Source: Reticulomyxa filosa | Taxonomy: Eukaryota; Protista; Foraminifera | Reading direction: 5' to 3' | NCBI GenBank assembly: GCA_000512085.1 | Contig: ASPP01020001.1 | Location: forward strand, 1 to 48,547 | Length of the DNA stretch: 48,547 nt | Part shown: piece after piece, positions 13,109-23,836 of the stretch | Position numbering within the stretch: position 1 is the first letter of the stretch | Layout of the letters: each line of letters begins with the position of its first letter | Notes under the pieces: model-generated | The model's input: the letters and a program-made list of their open reading frames with translations, nothing else | What the model was told of the DNA's origin: nothing | The model's database searches: none | Program-made: the position numbers and the translations under genes

Positions 13109-16100
13109 ATGAGCACTCAGAACAACCCTCGTGCCGACTCACCTTTATTGAAAGGTGAAATTCGGCATTATGAAACACTTCCTCAAAAGTCTTCAGCCGT
13201 TACCCGAAACAAGCGTCGCCATCGATGGCATCTTAACATTGCTTCCATTGGCGCTGTTAAGAGCTTCTCTCTCTCGAACACAATGCATAATCATTTCCTT
13301 CAAACAAAAGGAAGAGGAGAGCAAGGGATCCCCTTTCCAAAAAAAAAAAAAAAAAATTACTTTATTTGAGAGCATGTGTATGGCAATAAAATAAAAATAA
13401 TCGAATGAAAAAAAACAAAACAAAACAAAACAAAAAGTTTCCAACGGAGTTTGCGTGGGCAATGGGCGAATGTCTGATTGTTCCGTTTCTGTTGAGTATT
13501 GGCTGTCCCTATTTTATGACATCGTACGTATGGCTATTTTCACCAATTCTCGATTCATGGCTGCAGCCATTGTACGCTCGGTGGAGTGACAAGTTGGTCA
13601 AGAGACCGAATGTTTGTTGCGGATTTGGTGGACGCAAGCCATTTCTATTGACTTTCGCCATTTTGGCTTCCATTGGTTAATTTTTTGTTTGTTTGTTTGT
13701 TGCACATAAAAAAAAAATTTTTTTTTTTTTTTTTGAAGGGGCAAGAAGAAGGGGGTTTGTTGTGAGCAAAAAAAAAAAAAAAAAAAATTAAAAAAAATGC
13801 GATTTCACGTTTGAGCAAATTATTAAAAATAAAAAATAAAAAAATTGAAAAGGCCTTGTGATAACGCCGTTTAGTGGAAGAATAGCACAGGAAATGAACG
13901 AAGGAAAAGGCAATGGAGTGCTATCGTTGGGTGTGTGGATCGCACTGATAGGCTACACAACAATGGATGTAAGCTATGGACATATGTTGGTGCCGGCAAG
14001 GGCGTTGGTGAACGACATAGTCCAAAGCCGAAAGGAAATGGATGAAGCGAATAGCCTTTTTTGCTTGTATCAAGCATTGGGAAGGATATGTGGGACGCTG
14101 CTGCTGTGTGTCGATTGGAATGAGTATTTTGGCTTCTCGCTGCTTAAAACGCAATTCCAAGTATGCTTTGTGTTTGGGTTGATCCCGCTGTGGTTCGCCG
14201 TGCTGTTGATATTGCTATGTACTCCTCATCAATTGTCACGCGTATGGACAACCAAATCCAAGACACATGGCCACGGCCATGGTGGTACGCGGCATCGACA
14301 AGACAATGTGTCTGGCAAAGAGCCACAAAATCCAACCCCACTGATGCATGCGAACAAAGAAGAAGAACACAATCTCGTGTTCACGGAAGACACGGAAGAG
14401 GAACAACAACAACGACCGCAGCGGTGGCACGTCAATGACAATGACAATGCGAGTCCCACCAGCTTGGACTTTGTCCCCAAAATCCCTGAGGAGATGCAGC
14501 TCGCAAGTCGACACTCGCAAGATCAAGGGGAAGAAGAAGAAGAAGAAGAAGAAGTACTTGTCGAACGTGACGACGTGTCCGAAATAATTCGAGATAAAAA
14601 TGCTTACAACCCTAACATGAAAGTTTATTCCCATTACAATTTTAATCCTCACATTTATAAGCCCGCCTCAAGTTATTATATTGTTACATACATAATATAT
14701 ATACGTATATGTTTTTTGTTTGTTTGAAAAGAGCAGAAATGAAGAAAATAATGTTTTGTATGAATAAATATTTGTATACAATATATACATATACATACAT
14801 ATATATGTATATATATTATATATGCATATATGCATAGCCAGAAACATAAGCCCGGAAGCCATAGATATTGAAAAAGACGTTCAAAAAGGTAGGTCGAGTC
14901 TGTATGCTTCTGTGAGTTGAGGAAAGTGAGAAGGAAAAAAAAAAAATTTGAACCAAAATCATAACATAATCATTCCACAGAAACAGAGGAAAAAGATCTG
15001 ACATTGAACGAAAGCAACTTTAATGATGACGAAACCTTACGCGTAGACAGCAACCAATGGTTTGAAACGAACACAACGTACCGCAACAATTATGCACGTA
15101 GCAACAATAATAATGATGATTTTTGGGAGGTGGTCACTGCAGACGCGAACATAATTCCATATTCGGAAGGAGACGAGAATACAAGCACAAATAGTGATGA
15201 CAGCAGTAAAATTGATGAAAATACGAATGGAAATGGAAACGAAAAAGAACAAACCCGAGTGGCCGTGTCAATGGTTGAAGATATCCCTTATTACCATTAC
15301 TGTCGAAAAAACAAATTACGACGATCTTTTGGTGGTGTTTCGTTGTGGAGTTCGCCAATTACTCAGAAATACAAAACCAAACATGCACGTTACAAGTCCA
15401 GATATATACTGAAGAGCAGAGGAGAAGGAAAGCAAGTAAATGGAAGAGAAACAAGCATTCGACGATCGTTGTACACCAAACGGATCAAGTACCGACGGCT
15501 GTTAGAACAGCAGGCGAAAAAAAGGCGGAAAAAAAGAAAACAAAAGCAACTGAAAAAGCAAAAAGAAAGAGGCAGAGGAAAGCGAAGAAGCATAAAGCAA
15601 TCAAATATTGAACTCTCCAAAGAACTTAGTTGGAATTTTCCATCAGTATTCAAAATGTATTGGTGCATTCAGTTTGTTGGATGGCTGCAAGTGTCGATGT
15701 TATCACTTTACTTTACCAGTTATGTTGGGGTGGAAATATTCGGGGGAAACCCAAGAGCTGCCCATTATGAAGACAAGTCCTTTCAACTGTTTATGAATGG
15801 AGTACGATATGCAGCCATGGGGTGGGTGTGTTGTGGAATGGCTGCGACGTTATTTAGCTTTATGTTGCCTTATGTCAACAACTTCTTTGGTTTAGTTTTT
15901 TTTTTCTCTTTATTCTTTTTTTTGATGTATTCACTGCACTCAAGTGAGACAAAAGAAAGTGCAATAAACAAACAAATAATAAAAAAGGGACTTTGCCAGT
16001 ATATGTGTGCGGTGAACTGGGCACGAGCTTGTTGATCATCAGTTTGTGTGCGTATAAAAATGCACATGACAACGAGCGCATTACAGTTGATTATTTATTG

Positions 16101-16583
16101 TTTGTTGGTTTGATGTTGTATGGGGTAATGACACAAATCCATTACAACAATTATTGGGTGTTGGTTGAATTACATTTGCGTCAAGAAAAGCAAGAAGACA
16201 AACGAGCACGAGTAGTGCAAATTTTTAACTTGTCCATCATTTTGCCATCCATTGTTATTGCTTTATCAGGGGGACTTGTCTTACAATTATTCAATGGATC
16301 CTTTAACCAAACTATCACATGTTGGGGTATCATGGGACTTGTCTTGAATGTATCCGTATTTACCTATATGTGGTTCAGTCGATACAGTGACAAAGACTCA
16401 GGCAAGAAAGAGGACCAAACAGAAGCCAATACACAGCCTGAAAAGAAGAAAGATGCTGGCAGAAAAATAAGCAAACGAAAGAGAATCGAAACCAAGATGA
16501 ATCAAAAAATACAGAAATTAGAATTAAAAATTCAAAAGTTGGAAAATCGAGACAAAAAAAAACCGGCGCTTCCGGAAAATTGA
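13109..16583 (+). CDS. SLC45/sucrose-transporter-like MFS permease with a very large central loop
   Basis: IGA|FPTEFAWA..PFLLSIG, VWLFSPI..QPL..WSD..FGGRKPFLL, MDVSY..PARAL.ND; C-half QFVGW..LYFTSYVGVEIFGGNP..F.NGVR. Exon phases consistent, including a micro-exon at about 14838-14888. Confidence 0.85.
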
Positions 16584-17922
16584 CACCATTTTTTTATTTT
16601 ATCTGCTTTGTTTTTCCCTAGTATTTTGTTTTCAGTCAGCCCATCAAATATATAGACAAAATTTTCCGACTAAAAAAATGTATCTCTCTTCTTGGATTGT
16701 TTTGGATTTTTTACTTAGAATTCTGTAGTAAAATCCCAAACAAACAATCAAAAAAAAAAGAAAATCCAAGAAAAACATAAGGCGTTGTGTGATTTTTTTT
16801 CTTACAATTTTTCTTTTCCTTTTTATGTTATTTGGAAATGAAGTGGATCGCAAAAATTTAGCGTTCATAACATCTGCATCAGTTTCAAATGTTAATCCCA
16901 ATCATAAATTGCAAGTAAGTCCTTGTCTTGATGACACACCCATTTGAAAAATTCAGATATATGTATATTGCACAATACACAGTTAGTATCTTAGACTTAT
17001 GACAACTAACTCGTTGGTTAAACTAAATTTGTGTAATTGCATTTGTAAGCTTATTTGCTTAATTTTTAAATAAAGATAATATTGCACATCAAGCTAGCGC
17101 TCGTCCTAAAATATCATGTAGCGCTTAAAAAGAAAAAACAATAGGATAAAAATATAAGCTTATCTTGTTGTCAAGCAAACATCATGTATACCATGTATGT
17201 ACTGTTTGATGTCAGTTCAAGTGGACCTTGAGATAAACTTCTCAAACAACTTCTTTTTCTAGTCTTCCATCTTTGTCATTTATTCTTCTCGATTTCAGTT
17301 ATTTTTTTATTGAAAGATTTTTCATATAGCAATATCTTTTCTTATTACACTTTGTGCCAGTCAGCACTAACTAATCGCATGCATAAATTAATAAAACTGT
17401 TAATTATAACAAAAAGACGTAAAATACTTATTTATTCAAAATTAAAATTTTTTAAATAAAAGTTAAATTGCGATTAGTATCATGTCATATGATCATTGCA
17501 GTATTATGTATTATATTGTGATTTATTATACAACTAATATGTAGCTAATCATTTACAAGTGTTAACAAATACAAAAGATTCAATAGTTGAAAAATATAAT
17601 ATATTCAATTTAGACAAATTACTTCTTAATTTATAATATCGTTGTATCTCAGCTTTATGAAAAATAAATGTACAAGTTTGATTTGCCCAAATAATTCATT
17701 AAATCGATTTATGCATATGATTTTATCCAATACAAAAACACATTAAAAAAAGATTAAATTTTATTTTTCATGGAAAAAGTATTATCTCCATATGATATAC
17801 GTTATGTTTTTTTTTGCACATAACGCATAATTGTAACTTTATGTGTGTTATGGTTTAATTGTATTCTTTTTATATGAATAAAACAACCTATCTCATTTAT
17901 TCATCTTGCATAATCAGATATC

Positions 17923-19760
17923 ATGGCTGATGATGAGTGGAACGACGACGGAAATAATGATTTTGGAGATGATGGAGGCTTTGAAGATGCTGGATTTGAG
18001 GATGCTGGATTTGAGGATAATGACGAGAACTGGGGAGACGATTTTGAGGTAAATGACGGCTTCAACAACATAGCAACCTCAAAGCCGAAGCAAAAGAACG
18101 ACGAGGACGAAGAGGAAGACAAATCGAACAACACCAGCAAAGATGCAGGGCCGCAGCCATGGAAATGTTTGGAATGCAATCACGACAATCCGGGCGGGTT
18201 GTTGTGTTTGAAATGTAGCAAACCAAACTTGGGTGAGCTGGATCGACAAAGGCGTATCGAAGCAGAAAAAGAGTGTAAATTTTGGTCTCGACACTATGCA
18301 GATGTCTACTTGCCGTTGAAGCTCTACATCAGTTCCAACGGAGAGCTTCCATTGGACAGAGACTCAGTTGACTGAATTACTTGTTGCATTTGCTGTTGTT
18401 GTGATAATATTTAACTTGATGGTATCCATCGAGTAAAATAATAAGTAAAAAAAAAAAAAGACCAAAATGATAAAAAAATGAAAAAAATATAATCTTTACA
18501 TATATGTGTATATAAAGATTTTTTTTTTTTTTTCCCATGACAGATTGCTTCGATTATTCGTGAGATCTACGCACACGAAGGTTTTGACCGGAAATTTCCG
18601 GACTTGAAGAAATGGAAGCCCAATGACTTGAAGTCCAGCTGTGAGTCGTGCACGCTGGCGTTTGAATCGGACACCAAGGTGAATGACCCAAACAAATGCA
18701 TCCGAGAGGAGCTCACGTGCCACGCCAATATTTGTCGCACTTGCTTCGGTGCGTGGATACGAAGCAAAATCAAAGACGAAGACGTCCTCCCACACATTCG
18801 ATGTCCTGCTTCCGACTGTGATTGTTCCATCCCTTATGGCAACTTTATCAATAACTATCACTTATCTACCAAAGTTTTTTTTGTTGACAAAAAAAAAAAA
18901 ATTTACACTGGATAATTGTCGACCCCCCCCCCCCCTTTTCCCCTCCCTTTTTTTTTTTTTTTTTTGTAGAAGAAGAGGGGAAGGGAAAAAAAAGAGAGTT
19001 TTAATTTTAATTAGTTTTTTTTCTCCCCTCCCCCCCTTCTTGTTCTCCAATTTTTATAACGGTGACTTGGATTTTACAAAAAAAAAAAAAACTATTGGAA
19101 GGAAGGGGGTCTTTGTGTTTAATAATTGCAACAATGTGTCAATTGTCATTGTGGGTTATGTGGCAACGCAAAGGATTTGTTTGAATTTGCGGCGGTGTAT
19201 TGCCAAAAGATGTTGTCTCGCAACAGCAATTGGTTTCCATGTCCGACAGGCAAATGCAAATACGGCTTTGTTTTCAAAACAACTGAAAGTGAAAAAACTG
19301 CCGTTTGCGATGCTTGTGATGTCAAACATGTTACGTTATTTTTTTAAATTTTTTTTTATTTTATTTTGGTTTGCGATAACGCGCTTTGGATATTCTTAAA
19401 AAAAAAAAAAAATAGACAATCAAACGCAAAGAAGAACGCGATGAGGGTTTCAACGAGATGTTGAAAGAAGGAAAAATTCGATTGTGTCCAGCGTGTAAAT
19501 TCCCACATATGAAGGACTACGGCTTATGCAATGTCCTTCAGTGTGGCAAGTGTAATATGTGGTGGAATTGGCGGACACTGGAGTTCGCCAAAACGAGCAA
19601 GGAATTGAAGGACAAAGCGAGAGCTGAACGCACGCTTTGGGAACCTGGTGAATTGGAGTATCAAATGAAACTGGAAAAGGAAAACCCAGAAGCGTTCAAA
19701 GAGTTACTTAAAAGAAATGGAATTGAATACAATCCCAATTACGCAAGAGGGCAAGGCTAA
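17923..19760 (+). CDS. RBR-type (RING1-IBR-RING2) E3 ubiquitin ligase-like protein with acidic N-terminus and RanBP2/NZF-like zinc finger
   Basis: WKCLECNHDN..CLKC finger; RING1 CESC..CH..CRTC..IRCPASDC; IBR WFPCPTGKC..CDAC; RING2 RLCPACK..KDYGLCNVLQCGKC. Four exons, phase-0 introns. Confidence 0.8.
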
Positions 19761-20889
19761 ACGCTTCTCCTCCCTTTCCTCTCTCCACTTTGGACGTGCT
19801 TGTTCTCTTACAATGTCAGATCTGCTGCACAAAATTAGATGTCTCTTTCTTTTTTTTTTCCCCCCTTGTGCTCTCCCCTACTTGTATGTGCTGGGTCTAC
19901 AGTTGCTACCTTTTCTTGGAGCGAGGAAACAATCCTTGGAAAATCATAAATTTGCTTTGTTTTACGTTTTGGTTGGTTCGGTCAAAGGAGAGCACACATT
20001 TTTTCTTTTTACATGGAGGGAGGAAATGTAACCTTTATTTCAAAATACGAGGAAAATTTACTGCCAAATCATAGCCCATTTCTATTTCTACTTCTATTTG
20101 CAATTACTACAAAAACACAGTAGAATAATAAAAAAGCTGACAATGTACTTGTTTTTCTTACGTTTGCGGCATTTACAATCCTTTAATTATTCCCGTAAGA
20201 TGCCGCATCTTTGGCAAAAAAAGTACTAGTATGCAAAGTCTGTTAATATTCGAGGAGTTGTGCCGTACACTTTTCTTCACTTTATAAAACATACTCAGAA
20301 AATGAATTAGAAAGTGCTAAGCAAATATAGAGTGCGTTTGATACTTTTTTTGTAAAATAATTCAATTTGTTTTCAAATTCATTATTTTAACTTTTTTTGT
20401 CAATTTCATAGAAGTTGTTTTCACAAAAAGAAAAATTAAATAATGCTCATTTGATAATAATAGTCATTACAAAGTTTGATTTTAGTAAATTGATTTAATC
20501 TTTTTATCTTCAGCAAATAATTTATTTAATCGTCTGCAATATTTTACTTATTTCTTAAAAAAAATGAAAAAAGAAAGGCAGCATTGTTGTCACGTCTGAT
20601 GCTATTATTGACATTATTCATTTGATCTGAGTTGCTATTCTTACTTCATGCTGATGATTTGCGTTATATTTTAATACTCTTGTAGTGTCAATACATACTA
20701 ACGAAATTTTGACATAACTTATTTTTCTTAACACAGATTTAGATGATATGGGGTGTCTACTGTAGAGCTACATTAAATGTAATACGAAAAGATTTTACTC
20801 GAATTGAGATTGGCTTTCAGTAAAACAAAGTAAACTAAATAACCAAATAAATAACTCAGTAAGTAAAAAGGAAAGACCAAAAACAAGAA

Positions 20890-21056
20890 GTGAAGAAGGT
20901 TTGTGGAGAAGTTTAACCCAGAGTGAGCTCCTCAGTTCCATAAGAGTTCAACCATGTACAATAGGGGCTTGCCCTACAATAAGGAGCTAGTAACGGAATT
21001 CTTTTCTTCACCGCAGGGGAAGCTACTCAATCACCGGACAAGACTTTTCCGGATGA
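20890..21056. other. GC-richer intergenic island with nested inverted repeats (candidate ncRNA or foreign fragment)
   Basis: GTGAAGAA/TTCTTCAC, AGCTCCT/AGGAGCT, TAGGG/CCCTA nested, then a CCGGA/TCCGG hairpin; flanks are very AT-rich. Confidence 0.3.
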
Positions 21057-21488
21057 TATGTATTGACGTTAATCACAAGATTGTTTCAAATATTTCGCAA
21101 TTTACTTGCATGCTTTTTTATATGATGCAACATCAAGATCCAGTATTTTCTATATAATACTTGATTATAATTTTTTTAATTGCATCATATAATCTTCAAC
21201 TATGCTACTTTTCTTGAAATAATATGTGCTTGGATAATCAAATTTTTTCAGCTTTTTTTTTTTGTGAAATTTGATTTTTTTTAAAAAAAAATTGTTCAAT
21301 ATAGACGAATAAACTAGCATTTTGCTTGAGCATATCGATTAAAAGAACTTTGTTAGAGAAATAAAGATCAACTTTCTGCAATATTTCGTTTTTTGAATCA
21401 ATAAATTTTGTAGACAACCACAAAAACACGACGAACGAAGTACACAAAAAGTTCAAAAAAAACATTTACTAAAAACTAACCTTTACAA

Positions 21489-22843
21489 ATGTCCTCAGCA
21501 CCTAAAAAAGAAGTTGACGAAAACATCCATTTAACTTTAGACTTAGAAGGAGAAGATGAGAATATACAAGAAATGTTAGGAGGTGACTCATGGACAAGAT
21601 CTTACCAAAAAACTTGGGAAAACATAACTGAAGATACTTTTGGACGAATTATTTTATCAAATAAAGAAGAACAGCAAAAGAGAATAGATTCAATTTGTAA
21701 AAATCAAAGCGAAATGCAAGTACAAAAAGGAATGTTACGTTATTTATATATAATTTTAGATTGTAGTCAAAGAATGGTTCAAAGTAAAGATTTAAAACCA
21801 AATCGATTAGTATTAAGTTTAAAAATGATGGAATCATTTATTCGAGAATATTTTGATCAAAATCCATTATCACATTTAGGTATAATTGTAGCACATAATA
21901 AAAAAGCAGTTAAATTGACTAATTTAGGAGGTAATCCATTACAACAAATATCTAAAATTCATTCATTAAATAGTAATGATTTTCCTGAAGATGGAGGACT
22001 TTTTTCTTTACAAAATTCTTTGGAATTAGCAAAAAAATCTTTAATGCAAATACCAATTCATGGATCTCGTGAAATATTAGTTTTGTATATGTGTACATAT
22101 GTATTTATAATTTGATAAATAATTTATTAAATACATATATGCACATATATACATATATATATATTCAGTTGATAACAGGTTCTCTTTCTACAGTTGATCC
22201 AGATGATATATTTTATACTATAAAATCATTAAAACAATATAAAATTAGTGTACATATATTAAGTTTGTCCGCAGAATTAAATATCTTAAAAATGGTAAGT
22301 GAAGCAACAAATGGAGATTTTAATGTAATATTAGATGAACAACATTTCAAAGAATGTTTACTAGCTAAAGTACCACCACAACCTATTGAAGCACAACAAA
22401 ACCATCTTACTAATCGAAAATGGATCCCTATGGGTTTTCCCAAACATGAAGTTTCTAAATTTTTTCCTTCATTATGTGTATGCCATGAAGATAATTTTAC
22501 TTACGATGGATTTCATTGTCCGAGATGTAATGCAAAAGTATGTGAAGTACCAACTGACTGTAATATTTGTGGATTAAGTCTTATTTCTGCACCTCATTTA
22601 GTTAGATCTTATCATCATTTATTTCCTGTTAAAAAATTTAAATCTAATTTAAATATAAATGAAAATGAACATAAATATGAATCAATTTTATGTTATGGAT
22701 GTGCTCAAATGATTGATACTCAACATGAATTAGTTGAACAATGTGATAGATGTAAACAAGTATTTTGCATTGAATGTAATGCTTTTATTCATGAAAGTCT
22801 TCATAATTGTCCTGGTTGTATGTCTCAAGTTCAAAAAGTTTGA
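21489..22843 (+). CDS. GTF2H2: TFIIH subunit p44 (Ssl1)
   Basis: Y.KTWE, KGMLRYLYIILDCS, DLKPNR, EYFDQNPLSHLG, SLQNSLE, SREIL, MGFP, CP.C..KVC.VP.DC..C, HLVRSYHHLFP, FIHESLHNCPGC; one intron 22080-22168. Confidence 0.95.
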
Positions 22844-22912
22844 AAATAAAACTTGTTATATTTTTTTTTTTAACAATGATAATTGACAAGTTTTAATACA
22901 ACGACAACGTAA

Positions 22913-23562
22913 TCAAAGTAAATTCAAAATTAAAGCAGTAGACATTGATATAAAAAAAGGAATTTCAATAGCATATGTTCCTTGTAAAGCAAGTGAAACA
23001 GAATTTTCTTCTTTTAAAAAAAATAATTACTTCTATAATCCAATTTAATTCGTTCATATCTATATTTGGATTTTGACTGAAATAATTTACTCAATTTATC
23101 ATCCAAAAACTCATTTTCAAAAATATGACCAGTATACATATAAGATACAACCATAATACTAAATATTCTTAAATTACCCAAAATAGTACATTTTGTAAAC
23201 CTATATTTATTATTGTGATATTTATTTAAATAAAAAATATAAAAATACAAAAAATAAAAAATAACCAATAGTAAAATATCCCTTCAATTAATAAAATTAT
23301 TTTTGATATAATTTGTTCATAATTGAACATGCTTTTCATTATAAATTCATTGTTTAAATATTTCTTTACATGGAATGTATATTTTAGTAGATTATCAATA
23401 TCCACCAATTATTCCATGTCCAAAACATAATATAAATCATCTTCCAATTGGTATTTTTTTTCTATATACCAGTTCCAAATGTCGAAAGACAAATCTTTGA
23501 AACAATTGATTTTTTTGAATCACCATAGCAAATAGAATGGTATATCTTGGATAAACGTTCAT
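22913..23562 (-). pseudogene. Degraded or hypothetical AT-rich gene
   Basis: ATG at 23562; reading frame broken by in-frame TAA (23409-23411); phase-consistent GT-AG intron (YW|FTK); a further break at the T8 run near 23016-23023. No recognisable homology. Confidence 0.35.
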
Positions 23563-23836
23563 TTTAGATGTCCTGCAAACTTTCTACGTTGTTGGGTTTT
23601 TTTTTTACGCTTTGGGGACTTCGGCTCAATATTCCTACAAATCTTGTGTTCGTTCCGCTGCTATTATTTTTGGAGTGAACAGCGAACTCTTGTCTGAGGA
23701 ATTACGTGTGAATTGTTTATGTTGAGATTGTGTGAAACTGAATGTAATTATCGCCCGAATTATTTGCCGTTAACCGATAGTATACAGAAACCGATACATT
23801 TTTGGGTTTACTTCGAGAAAAAACCTTATTGTTGCG

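Noticed and set aside
23600-23705. Minus-strand P3-like stem followed by GAAGTCCCC, resembling the 5' P4 motif of RNase MRP RNA
   Set aside because: No matching 3' P4 strand (ACAnnnGGGGCT) downstream on the same strand. The only similar motif (about 20958-20970) is 2.6 kb away on the opposite strand and has no 5' partner.
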